NCBI GenBank assembly: GCA_009103225.1 | Contig: RHPI01001037.1 | Coordinates: 1,484,551 to 1,548,550 of the forward strand | From: Chlorokybus atmophyticus | Taxonomy: Eukaryota; Plantae; Mesostigma and Chlorokybus algae | Direction of reading: 5' to 3' | DNA: 64,000 nucleotides | In this document: one piece after another, positions 1-12,900 of the stretch | Layout: every line of letters begins with the position of its first letter | How positions within the stretch are numbered: position 1 is the first letter of the stretch | The notes under the pieces: generated by a model | The model's database searches: none | Told to the model about the DNA's origin: nothing | What the model saw: the letters and a program-made list of their open reading frames with translations, nothing else | Made by a program: the position numbers and the translations under genes

Positions 1-268
1 CCCCCCCCCTCCCGCACATGCGCAGAGGTTGCGCACAAACATGTAAATGCATGCTGCAAGCATCTCCAGCAACAGTAGTCAAGTTTCTGTAACCAGCTCA
101 CAGGCATTGTGTTGCACGTCGTGTGCAAGTGGTTCATGCAAGCTTGCGAGTGCTAGTGCTGGTTTTTCTGCGACGGGAGTTGCGTGCGCGGGGCCGCCCG
201 GGTGATGGCATGGCCGGGTGGGGCCATGGCAAGTGTGCAGGTCGTTGATTACACGTGGTTTCATACAG

Positions 269-1060
269 TGGCATGATACCTATCTACTCCGGAGAAGTAG
301 CAGAAGACATTGCACATTACCTCGTTGACAGTGAGCAGGTAAGAACCGCATCCGACTGTCATTTTGCGAGTCCAGGACATGTGACTGTGCCGTATAGTGG
401 TTGATGGTCTGCTGCACAGGTCAACTCCGCTGTTGGGCTTGGGGTTGTTATAGACAAGTTTTGCGCTGTTGAAGCAGCGGGAGGCTACATGGTGCAGGTG
501 TGTTGATAACATACACCTCCTCTGTTGGTATGTTGGTAGCTTAACTTCCACTGCCCCAGGTGCTGCCCTTCGCCTCTGAAAGCACTCTACAAGCGCTGGA
601 GACAACTCTCATGTCTTTGCCAAGTCCATCAGATATGGTCAGGGATGGCATGACTGCAGATGATATTGCACATCGCATTCTGGAAGGGGTTGGGGTCGGC
701 GACATTGTTGTTGAGGTAAGGCTATTGAATATTTGCCAGTCCTTTGTGCACATTTTTAGCCGTTAACGTTCTTACGGTCCAGATGACGCCAAGCTATGGT
801 CCCTGTGAGCCTGTGGCACTGCAAAAACGCATGCTGCGCGCCATAGCAACGCTGGGTCAAAAGGACATTAAGGACATGTTGGCTGAGCAAGGTAGAACAG
901 TATGCTGTGTCATCAGTTGCATGTGTTCTTGACAGCCCTGCGTTTCAGCTGACCTAACATTGTTGCCTTCCTTGCAGGCCATGTGGAGGTAATCTGCGAG
1001 TTTTGCCAAGATAAGGTGGTGTTTGAAGAACATGATTTGGCACCGCTGCTGCAGGACTGA
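269..1060 (+). CDS. HSP33: Hsp33 (HslO-family) redox chaperone, algal type; 3' exons only, 5' end not resolved
   Basis: Exons ~269-338, 420-497, 560-715, 783-891 and 978-1060 splice in frame at GT-AG sites. They give GMIPIYSGEVAEDIAHYLVDSEQ|VNSAVGLGVV...AAGGYMVQ|VLPFASESTLQALE...|MTPSYGPC...LGQKDIKDMLAEQG|HVEVICEFCQDKVVF...*, which contains the Hsp33 motifs GEIAED..YL..SEQ, AGG...Q.LP and EV.C.FC. Confidence 0.92.
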
Positions 1061-3083
1061 GCCTTGTTCATTATTGTTGGGGTTGGTGGCTGTTGTATGT
1101 AGGCCATTGCATTGCAATTGGACACATTGTCTACTATAGAGGGTGATAAGTATTGCGCCTCAACAGATGGTGTGGCTACAACCTTGTTTTATGCTCGCAT
1201 TGCCACTTGCGTTGTAGTGCGTGCACAATAACACACACCATCTACCACATGCGCGCCCACAGGCTGATAGTCCAAATCAAATCGCCGCGGAAACGTGAGG
1301 TTTAACGAATAAGGTTGGTATAGTAGCATCTCAATTGCGCATGTCACCCGGTAGTGGCATATTGTATGCACATGCTACCACAATATTCAGCATGAGCATG
1401 TTGTAAAACATCTATTTGAGTAAGACAAAGGAGTGGCTACTCAACTCCATGGTGCACATCATATAGCTATTCTTTAACCGTATCACATAATGCGACACGC
1501 GCTATATAACATCAACCTCTTTAAGGGCTCTTATAGTCGAACATGTACTTCATGCGGTTAAATGCAAAGTTTCATTGTATATATCATGATATGTTATTAC
1601 ACTTGCGTCTTTTCGCTTGTGGTTACGCGCGCATGAGCCCCCTGAGACGCGCGAGATGTCGTAAACTCTTGTACAAATCTTAAGCACAGTAAATGTCAAA
1701 TATGGGTCTAAAGTCTTGAGCTTTATATGTATACATATGTGTATAGTATGTGCAATAATCCTTGACCAATCGCTTTTAAAGTGGCATTCGTAGTTGGAAT
1801 TCCACTTAAGAATTGTTGGGGTCTGTTTTTACAATGTCTCTATTTGCAACAACGGTATCATCATTCATGACCACAAAGAGGTAATATTGCTCAAAATGCT
1901 TTCCGCACTGATAACATATAGCACAATATAATTAAGCCCGGCTATAATGGCTTTTTGTTGACAACAATCACTTGTTGGTTAATTTTACGTGAACATATAT
2001 AAATTGATTATACGATGTTATAAAAACATGCACAAACTGCACACGGATGTGCTCTACCTGCTTGTTGCCTAGATATTAGCAATCAAACCAATTCACCCAA
2101 CTTGATAATAACCATGCAGTTCTGTTGTTGTTAGTAAAGAATGTTCCGCTTTGCACCCGCCTTTTTATATTGTTGTGATTAACTCGTGTCGTGGCATTTA
2201 TTGCAGGTTTTGCAATTTGCTGTTTGCCCCCTCCCCCCCCCCCTTTGCTTTATGATGGATTGTTTGGTGTATGTTGTGTAGATATTACACTTCGCGCTTA
2301 TGCATTAACAAAACCATACTCATAACCGAGTGTACTGCATACAAGAGCAAGATTAAGCAGGGAAATGCATACCAATATTGCATTGAAGCATGTGTAATCA
2401 GAATAAGTTCTCGGCATGAAAATCATGCATATTATCATATTATCGATTGTGCTTATAATTGATGATTCTTGAAAAGCTTACACTCATTCAGATCGCTGAT
2501 TGCAATGCATGTAATGCCAAGGTACATTAGAATAAGAAAACGTCACAGCATTGGTCGGATGACCACAACGTCTCATTCGCAATGCACATGCGGGTACTCT
2601 TATGTATGTCACACCGCATGGCATGTGTAGCCTACATGTTATAGGTGCGCACAAGCTTGCGACGTGGCGCGTTGTTACTGGAAGCACTGTGGGTCACGAG
2701 GGGCACAAGGGCAGTTGCCGGAAGTTAGCCCCCAAACGCCTCCAGCCGCAGGGCAGGGCTGCAGGGCTCGCGCGCGCGCGTGTTGGCGGGCGCTAACGCA
2801 CGGAAAAGTTTTCAGCAATCAATTCTCCGGGCAATCTCGCCTCCGAGGGGGACCCCATTTGGTTGACACACTTCACCACCTCAGTTGCAAACCAATTATG
2901 CATCACGTGAGCCACACGGTGCGCGGCGCGATGACCAGCCTGCTCCCGCGCCGGGGCATCTTCCGACCGATGGGACAACGTTTCGCGCCCGGACTCCGTA
3001 GAGTCACGAAAGCGACAATTGCGGGGTTTGGGGGGTCGCATAAGGGATGATTCATGAGAATCGGGACTTGGGCCCCGAGGTGG

Positions 3084-3142
3084 TTAGGGTTGGAACTCCT
3101 GTAGTAAGGCTCGCAGTTAGTTGCTTGCCGGGTGGTTAGGGT
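3084..3142. promoter_or_regulatory. Two telo-box-like motifs (TTAGGGTT 3084-3091, TTAGGGT 3136-3142) with nearby TGGGCC site-II-like motifs, upstream of the giant gene
   Basis: Motifs are directly visible 170-225 bp upstream of ATG 3309. Function is inferred from the plant telo-box/site II association. Confidence 0.35.
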
Positions 3143-3308
3143 GGGCCAAGGTCGGCGGGCGGGGCGGCGGTGGTGGAAGCGGCGGCGGCGGTGGAGGCGT
3201 GGCTGGAGTGCTGGGATTAAGGGGAGTAAGCCCCCCCCTCCACTGAACTCCGTTTCTGTCAATGGGTTATCGGTGGAGGTGGTAAGGAGAGCTAGGCCCC
3301 CGACGCCG

Positions 3309-3914
3309 ATGACCCGGCGGCGGGGAGCGCCGCTGGCCATGGCGCAGCATGCGCCTGCTGCTGGAGCGGGGCCGCCGCTCCTGAGAGTGCTGCTTGTTTT
3401 CTCCCTATTATCATTTGCTGCAGGTATGCGAACACTCAATTCCAACCCTAAATAATCTCCAACAGTGCCTCCGATCCCACTGCTTAACCAATATGCCAAT
3501 GCACTTCGCCAGCATCGCTAGGGTTGCACAGCGCTTGCCTTTTGCTAGCATGTAGCGCACTGTAAACGATTCCCCATTGAAGACGGCAAACATGTTTGAT
3601 TTGAGAGGGGGGAGAGCAGGGGAGAGGAGGGGAGGGCACCTCCCCTCTCCCCCCTTCCCCTAATTGGGTAAAAAGGGGCGGGGGAGGGGGGGGGGNNNNN
3701 NNNNNNNNNNNNNNNNNNNNNNNNNNNNNNNNNNNNNNNNNNNNNNNNNNNNNNNNNNNNNNNNNNNNNNNNNNNNNNNNNNNNNNNNNNNNNNNNNNNN
3801 NNNNNNNNNNNNNNNNNNNNNNNNNNNNNNNNNNNNNNNNNNNNNNNNNNNNNNNNNNNNNNNNNNNNNNNNNNNNNNNNNNNNNNNNNNNNNNNNNNNN
3901 NNNNNNNNNNNNNN

Positions 3915-3949
<35 letters not shown>

Positions 3950-6900
3950 GTGAAGGTTTGATTAGCCAGGTCGTATGATGCGCTGTCGATGTATTTTTTT
4001 ATTCAATCCAGTCCACCACTGCCGGGTAGCGGGGGGGTAAGGGGTGGGTGGGTGTTGGAACACAGCAGAGAAGAGCTCTAGTGCTTACATGTCGTAGCAG
4101 TAGTTGTCGTTGTTGTCGTCATTTTCGATGTCCAAGCCGGTTTGCAGTCCGCCGCTGGTGCCAGCTCTACGCATGGTAAACACGTGTCAGCATCTCAACT
4201 TGCACTCAACTATGTTGCCATCCAAATGGCAGGTTCACATTTCCGTTACGGTACCATATCATGGGAGCCTGAACCGGTAGCCGGGAAGCCGTATCAAGTA
4301 TCGTTCACCATCAACCTGGCGTTCAGGCGTGATTACGATTGGGGTAGATACTTTGGAGAAAAGTGGTCTTCCAATGGTGGAACCTCATTCAACACGCTTG
4401 TGGGTGGCGTAGCTAACACGTGGTTTCACTTCGACCAAACGGCCGGTGTGGACTACACCAGCGGGCAATGGATGCTCCGATTTCCAGCCGGTATGGGCAC
4501 CACCTACACCGCCATCTCAACGACCAGCAGTAACAATCTCTGCCAGTACCCTGAGGAAACCGGTATGTTTCAATTCACAATGCAACACTACTAGTAGGCA
4601 ATCTACCAGGCCCATTTGCACAAGGTTGCAGTGCTAGCTGCACTGAGTGCGAGTTTGCATGCACGAGCAGCAGCTCATGCATGCAAACTGCATGAGCTGC
4701 TGCTCATGCAGTTTACATGGCTACGAGTGATGCACGCATTGTAGCAATCATCCACGTAGTGCCCTAAGACACAACACAAGATCCATGCATCCATGAGGTG
4801 CTCACTGGGGCGCATGCAACAGGTATCAGCCCATTGTGCCCTGGTGGCACGCCTGCGGGGACTCTGGTACAGGCACCGACCTTGGTGAACTCACAGGGCC
4901 AGCTTCTGTATCCCGGCGGTGAGTTATACATCTGGTGGTGGAACAATCGCTGCCTTCTGTAATGCATGGTCGACAACTCAACATTAAAATGTTCTACAGG
5001 TTTGGCTTGCAAGGCAGCTGTCACAGGAACACCAGACTACTGCGCCCCGTGGTCCGCTACCTATGGTTTCTTCTTTGGAGATGGCCAGTACACCACAACC
5101 ACCATCACTATTGGCACAGGTTGGGTGCTGATGTTTACAATGCTGCCGCCGAGTTACTATAACTAGATTGCATTACTCCTAACGTTTGCTGGTGATGTTT
5201 GTGCGGACAGTAAACTTCGTGAACAATGCTTTGGGCAACTACGTCCGCGGTGGAACAACGTTCCTTTACACCTACGCGGCCGCCAATGCCGGAGGCGGGC
5301 ACCCATGGACTGCGTTTTTCACTGGAGGCAACAGGATTTACGCACTCAACAACAACCGAGAGGGTCGTTTCCGACTTGAAGCGCAGGTAATGCATGGGTC
5401 TGATTAGCAAACCATGCTGTTCTAATCTATCTGATCTGCGAGTGAGCACATCCTGACGAGAACTTTGCTGCAGGTTGCTATATGGGGCACCAACAAGTCA
5501 CCGGTTGCTACCAACATTCCCGTGCTACCTGTCCCGTATACAGGCCGCGCACAGATGTCGCAGTATGGGAACATGGCTACCTTCCAGGTGAGGTCACGAC
5601 ATTTACAGTCACACAAAAGCGGTTCTACTGCCATTGGGGTGCTCATTGAATGGTTTCTTGGCAGATCGCGGCCTACGACCCCGATATCGAGGGTGCTAGC
5701 GAGCAGCAAGTGTACTACAGACTCGGTAACAGACGAGAGATGGGTTACTTGCTGGCAAACTCGTTTCCTTATGCTGGCAACAGCCAGACGTGGCAAAAGG
5801 CTGCCTACACAAGCAAGCGCAGCGACCTCATCACCGGGCTGTGCGGTGGCAACTGCAACAACTGCCCTGCAGTTCACAGCCCACCCGCCACTGGCGACTT
5901 CAGCTGCACACTGTTCCCAGCTTGGGATGATAGTGTCAACTACGCATTTGCTCCACCCGACCTCACCATCAGGACAGCTGACGGTGTTGTCACCTGGGAA
6001 ACCGGCATCAGCCCATTCGATGTCGATACAGCTCCTTATGTCCTCAACGGAGTCCAGTATGCGCCCGCTCCGTCCCCTGCCAAGAGTCCTAAGCCCTCGG
6101 GTTTTTACAACTTGGTGGTGATGATTTTTAGCGATTCAAATGATCCAGCAGTAGGCAACATCTCTGTGCCACTTGATTTCTTAATTTACCTCTACCCCCC
6201 GATGAGGTACTGCGGCCTGGATTGCCAGAACACACTTGCTGGTGTCTCCACATTCCGTGATCAGGTGAGACATGTAACACATAATAGCGTTTGCTTGCAT
6301 TGGTGTCAGAATGGCTAAACTGACAAGGACTGCACTGTTTGCAGGGACTGTACGGTGCGGCTAAAACCTCAACGGATCAATACACCGGAGCCAACGGGGC
6401 CCAGCTGGCATATGGCAGGTACTACTACAATGGTGCTGGCACGGGCATGTGCACGCTCTGTGGTGGAGGTGAGACCCTCGGCTCCATGAGCAACTACACG
6501 GTGTGCCAGCCGGTTGCAGATGGATGCGTGGACGGATGTCCCGGTTACGGCATTGACGCTAACGGGCAGTACACCTCCGTGGACAACTTCTGTGACCCAG
6601 TGGATTCGCCGTCCAATCTTCCAGCCGTGAGCATCGTGCCCACATCGGGCTCTTGCAAGATTAACCACGCCCCTGTGTGGGTGAACGATGGCACAACCAC
6701 CCACCCCAATGGTGACACGCCGTTGAAGACTTACACGGGCAGAATGGGTTTCCCCCTCACATTTGATCTAGTGGCTTTTGATCAGGATGAGTGTGTTGAG
6801 CTGCTCATTGACACCACGGGTCTGTTTGACACCATGCAACTTGGACCTCTTGCCTGGGACCCAACCAGTATGTCACTGGACGGCAAAGTTGGCAAACAGG

Positions 6901-9900
6901 TACAAGAGCTGTGAATCTTCTAATGATGTGAATGTGCATCAATCTAACTCAACTACCATGCAGGTGCGCCTCACCTTTAGTTGGAACCCACATGACAGCA
7001 ATGGACTTGCCACCAACGTTCCTGAGGATGATGCCCGTCCTGGAGCTGTCACTGTTTGCTTCTACGCCTTTGATGGATATATCGTCAGCACATTCCGCTG
7101 CATCCGTATCACACTGGTGCTAGAAAGGAATATTGTTTGGATGGACCAGCGACCAGCCCTGCTGCCTCTGCGCACTGGTCCTACGCCCGTCAACAACACC
7201 GCATTCTATGTGGCCGTCAACAACACCATGTCTTTCGCCATGGCAGCCTACCAGGGGTCTGGTTTCAGCCCTTTGAGCATCTACCTCACACAGGGCCAGC
7301 TACCGGAAGGTGCCACTCTCACACTGCGGCCAACCGCTCCAGACGCAAATTGGGACCCTGCCATTGTGGATTTCGAGTGGACGCCAGAGATTGGCCAGGA
7401 GTGTAGGTATCAGATCTGCTTCTTGGCCAAGAACAATAGACCGGGTGCAACCCAGTACTCTTCTGACCCTGTTGATGGCTCCATTCTTGATGAGCGCTGC
7501 TACACCATCATTGTGACAGAGACGGTCCTCAACTTTGACAATGTTGGCTATGCCAATGCTGTTGATGTGTCCCCACAGCTCACAGGAGGTTGCGGTATGA
7601 CCCTCAGCGCCTGGGTGTACCCAAGGACTGACCTTGGAAGCACCATCATGCCTATCATGACAGCCGGCTACACCGAGAAGCAGGCAACACTTGAGACAGC
7701 CGTGCACCAGCTGAAGTGGTACACAGTCTCCCCTGTCATGTTCAATGACAGCGCGAATGTGCAGAGGTCTGGCAGGCACTACCAGGTGGCTTACAGCAAT
7801 GGCACCAGCGATTTGCTTGTGACCGACCCCGTCCACTGCGATGCACAATGGCACCACATTGCACTGACCATAGATACAGAGGGCGTGGCCATTCTGTATG
7901 TTGACGGCGTGGCACGGTCGCGCTTCTCTGCTGATTCTCGCGACTTCTTCCAGCCTTCTGTGCTCAGCCTCAATGTGACTCGCGACGATCTGCAGATACC
8001 GTTGGTTGGCAACGTGCTCCCAGCAGATGCTACGGACTTCTTCTACATTGGAGGCTTCCAGGTAAGCATACAACTACAGTCCTTGTGTTATTACTTCAAA
8101 CCTCCTTGTTTGTGACTGTTCGGTCTGGCATGAACTGTGTCTGATGACATTGCTTGTTGCAGAATGACACCTTTGATGGTATGATGGATGAAGTCCGCGT
8201 GTATTCCCGTGCGTTGACGGCAGACGAGATTGGCGCCAAGATGTTTGTGCCATTGGTGCCGTCAGACGAGGAGAAGCTGGTAGCTTATTATAAGTTCAAT
8301 GAAGGCACGCAGGACGACCATGGCTTCAACAAGTACCCTCCCAATGCGGACGGAACTGGCGCTACCGCACCGTTTGCAGGCGAAGTGGCCGCTGCAGCTA
8401 ACCAGCCGCTGCTCGACTACTCTGGGAACGGGCACGACGCTATTCTCTCAAGTGTGTTTCATGCTAACGCTGAGAACTTTGTTGTAACCAGTTTCTGTCT
8501 TTGCTTATCCTGCAACGCTGATCACTTGCCATGCTGCATGCAACAGGCGTTGCTTCCTTTGAGATAACGGCGACCCCAACCATTGGGACTTGTCCGGAAG
8601 ACTTGGTGCCAAACACCGTGCACGTGCATGGTGGGCAGACCGTAGCTGTGAAGGGTGTGAACTTCGCTCAGAGTCAATGGCTACAGTGCTCATTCAGTGA
8701 TGAAGTTGTACCCGCAACCTGGATTAGCACGGAAGAGATACACTGCACGGCTCCAGGCCACCCTGCACCTTGCTCTGTGCCTGTGGAAGTCTCAAACGAT
8801 GCATCCTTATTCTCTGGAAACAAAATCTCATTGTATTACATGGAGATGGCGTTGGAGTTTGATGGCGAGAAGCAGTATGCAGTCTCTGGTGTGGCTGACA
8901 TCCACACGCGCACTGTTGCACCAGGCGTCTGCGATGACATCCACGGGCATGATACTGGATACTCTGTTGGTGGTTGGGTGTACCCTGACGCAAGCGTGAT
9001 GTCCGACCGCATTGTCTTTATGTTCCCCTCCTTCATTCCCATCCCTTACACCATCCCGAGCCCGCCACCACCCAGTCCACCACCTCCATCACCACCACCA
9101 CCTCCTCCACCTTCACCACCATCACCACCTCCTCCACCACCTCCTTCACCACCCCCTCATCCCCCACCGCCACCCCCCGAAGATGGTGGAGGTCGCAAGC
9201 TGCTGTCAACGCTCAGTTACCTGGATTTTCCCGGCATTGGCGTCTTTTACGATGGAACCAACTTCATCTACAGTGACCTGGACGATCACGGCGATGGTGT
9301 CATTGTTGAGGGAGAGGTTGTCGCCAAGCCTGATGAGTGGCACCACATTCTCTTGACGGTGTCACCAGATGGCCTTGGCACCCTTTTTGTTGACGGCCAG
9401 CAGGATGTCAGCTTCAACGTGACTTTGATGCCTGATGACATGGCGACCTGCCAGTTCCACATGGCCTGCTCGCACATTGCACAAGCTCCTCCACCACCCC
9501 CACCAAACCCGCCGCCACCAAGCCCACCCCCGCCTCCCAGCCCGCCACCGCCTTCACCGCCTCCCCCGCAGCCATCTCCGCCTCCTCCAACCCCACCACC
9601 TCCTTCCCCTCCGCCCCCAAGCCCACNNNNNNNNNNNNNNNNNNNNNNNNNNNNCCACCCCCACCACCGTCACCCCCGCCTCCGGATATTGGAGGAGGCC
9701 GGCGCCTGCTCAGCGACTCATCTGGTCACTGCTTCAAGGGTCTCATGGATGAGGTGTCCGTGTGGAGCCGCCAGCTGACGGCTTGCGAGGTCAGTCAGCT
9801 TATGTGGGGCAACATGACCCAGCCGCAGCTGCTCCCTGTTGGTCAAGGGCACGCAATTAATCCGTCAGAGGGTCTCGTGGGCTACTACACTTTCAACATG

Positions 9901-12900
9901 TTCACCGGAAATCTTGTTGATGACTATTCCGGGAGGCAGCACACATCGGTCGTGTGGGATGCTGGCATCCATGCCGCACCAACAGTGGCACCCATGTGGC
10001 AGTACTCAACCATCCCTTTCCTCCCTGCTTGTGTTGACACAGCTGTGTCCCTGCGCAAGACCTGTGCGCCAACAAATCTCTACACGCCTGGACCAGGACA
10101 GCTCATGGAACCCAGGCCTTTGCCCAATAAGTGCACTGCCTTCCACGAGCACCTTGTGGACGACACCATCCCCATTGATGGCGCTGAACAAGTCCGTGTG
10201 CTTGGTTTTGGCTTTGCCAAGTCGCAATGGCTCAACTGCGAAGTCAGCGGCGAGTTGGTACCTGCCACTTTCGTGGACTTCGACATGGTTACTTGCAATG
10301 TTCCCGGATTCGACATTCCTGGAAAGCATGAGCTTGCTGTTTCCAACCAAGCAGGTCAGGAGAACTTCCCGGCGCCTGCATGCGATATGAAAAACTCTAC
10401 AGGAGCGGAGCCATACATGGCGGCTGATGTAGGCAGCGAGTTGCAAGTGATGGAGATGTCCATGTACTTCGATGGCCAGGTGGATTACATCGAGTCGCCG
10501 ATCATCGCCTCGCGGTCCATGGCAGGCGACTTTGAGGGCCTGACACTCGGCGCATGGTTCTATCCTACCGACCCTGACCCATGCCACGAGCAGCCCATTA
10601 TCTGTTACTCTGCGTGCGGAGGCCCACCACCCTCACCACCCCCACCCCCGAGTCCACCCCCACCGAGCCCCAGCCCTCCGCCACCACGTCCTCCACCTCC
10701 AGTGGTGTACACCCCACCGCCTCCTTCACCACCTCCGCCAGAAGTTGGAGGTCGCAAGCTACTCCAAGTCTCCATCGCCAGCTTTGAGAGCCATGCTCAG
10801 ATCTGCATCATGTACAAGGACCAGCGTGTGTACCTCCACAGTGAGGACCCACTCAACTATGGCCGCCTAGACTTCAACCTCACTCTCAGTGCTCCTGCTC
10901 CCATCAATGAGTGGCATTATGCTGAGGTTGTCATTGAGCCGCTGGACTTGGAGCTGGTTGACCCAACCGATCCAATGCTCGCTGGCTACAAGACCAGGTT
11001 CATGGTTGACGGACGCAATGTCTCCGGCTTCGACTCAGAGGTGCGCACACCTACCGTGCCATCTGCATACAGCCACTTCTTTGTGGGTGGTATCTTCTGC
11101 GGTGTGCCTCCCCCGCCACCTCCTTCACCACCNNNNNNNNNNNNNNNNNNNNNNNNNNNNNNNNNNNNNNNNNNNNNNNNNNNNNNNNNNNNNNNNNNNN
11201 NNNNNNNNNNNNNNNNNNNNNNNNNNNNNNNNNNNNNNNNNNNNNNNNNNNNNNNNNNNNNNNNNNNNNNNNNNNNNNNNNNNNNNNNNNNNNNNNNNNN
11301 NNNNNNNNNNNNNNNNNNNNNNNNNNNNNNNNNNNNNNNNNNNNNNNNNNNNNNNNNNNNNNNNNNNNNNNNNNNNNNNNNNNNNNNNNNNNNNNNNNNN
11401 NNNNNNNNNNNNNNNNNNNNNNNNNNNNNNNNNNNNNNNNNNNNNNNNNNNNNNNNNNNNNNNNNNNNNNNNNNNNNNNNNNNNNNNNNNNNNNNNNNNN
11501 NNNNNNNNNNNNNNNNNNNNNNNNNNNNNNNNNNNNNNNNNNNNNNNNNNNNNNNNNNNNNNNNNNNNNNNNNNNNNNNNNNNNNNNNNNNNNNNNNNNN
11601 NNNNNNNNNNNNNNNNNNNNNNNNNNNNNNNNNNNNNNNNNNNNNNNNNNNNNNNNNNNNNNNNNNNNNNNNNNNNNNNNNNNNNNNNNNNNNNNNNNNN
11701 NNNNNNNNNNNNNNNNNNNNNNNNNNNNNNNNNNNNNNNNNNNNNNNNNNNNNNNNNNNNNNCACGCCCCCCACCACCCCCTCCACCTCCGCCGCCAACT
11801 CCACCACCGTCCCCGCCTCCACCCGAGGGCGGAGGGCGCCGCCTGCTGGACGCTGGCTGTGCATCGTCCTTTGCACGGTTCTTTGAGGGGTACATTGACG
11901 AGGTCCGTGTCATCAAGTCCGCGATGCCATTGCCAATGTTCGACCGCCTCCCTGACGTAGAGAACATTACCAACCCCATTGCGTACTGGCGTTTCAATCC
12001 AGCTGATGCTCCGAGCGCTGTCCCAACCATGTATGCCCCTGCGCCATACACTGTTGAAGACAGCTTTGGGCTTGGTGCCTATGGTCACGTGTGGGCCGGC
12101 ACCGTACAGAGCCCCATGCCTATCAGCAGGCCAGCCAACCTTGACTATGTAACAGCGCCTTGGGAGCCGGCAACGCTGTATGCATTGGATGCATCATCAG
12201 TCAACATTGATGGCAGGGTGGAAGTGACCGCGATTGGCTGGAACCTCGCTGAGAGCCAGTGGTTGCGATGCGCTTTTGGTGCAGAACCCATGTTGCCACC
12301 TACTCTGACAGATGCCATCCTCAGTGCATCCACTGATGTCACCCGTTACTTCATGCCGTCTCGCACACAAGTCAGTGGTACAGAGATGACTTGCCGCGCG
12401 GCATCTTTGCCGGTGCCGGCTGTTGTCAATGTCCTGGCTGCAAACCCAGGAAGTGCAGACGGTGTGACAGTGCTGTACCGGGAAGTGGCAATGACATTTG
12501 AGGGTGACGCGTCGACCAAATCCAAGCTCGTCGGTGACAGCATCAACGAAGGAGATGAGCTGGAGCTGACGTGCCCTGAGGGTATGCGCATTGAGGACTT
12601 TGTCTTTGCCAATTTTGGCAAACCAGCTGGCAGGTGCACTCACAAGGTGAGCATTACTTGCGACGGCACTGAGACAGAGGCTGAATGTGATGTCGCGGCC
12701 TTTGAGCTCAACCCGCGCTGTCAAAGCAATGACACAGACGTGTTCTCTGCGCTCCGCGACGATTGCATCGGCAGAGCATCCTGCACCATTCCAGCCACTA
12801 CGGACATGTTTGGCCGGCCATGTGCCGGAGACAAGTGGCTGTCTGCTTCAATCATGTGCTCAGACAGGTGGTCAACCAAGGACTTCATGATTGTCAATGG

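Noticed and set aside
1130-2600. AT-rich intergenic block, and a similar one at ~31400-32700, as possible transposon or foreign DNA
   Set aside because: No terminal repeats, target-site duplications or coding remnants were identified. Only short degenerate repeats (gtaggttgtgattatt, ~32198-32300) are visible.
2793-3499. Minus-strand and overlapping ORFs around the giant gene start, and the many antisense ORFs over coding exons
   Set aside because: They are shadows of GC-rich promoter or coding sequence, with no domain content of their own.
9627-11762. Frame changes in the giant CDS suggesting frameshifts or separate genes
   Set aside because: Both changes coincide with N gaps of estimated length inside Pro-codon repeats, and the LamG motifs continue across them.
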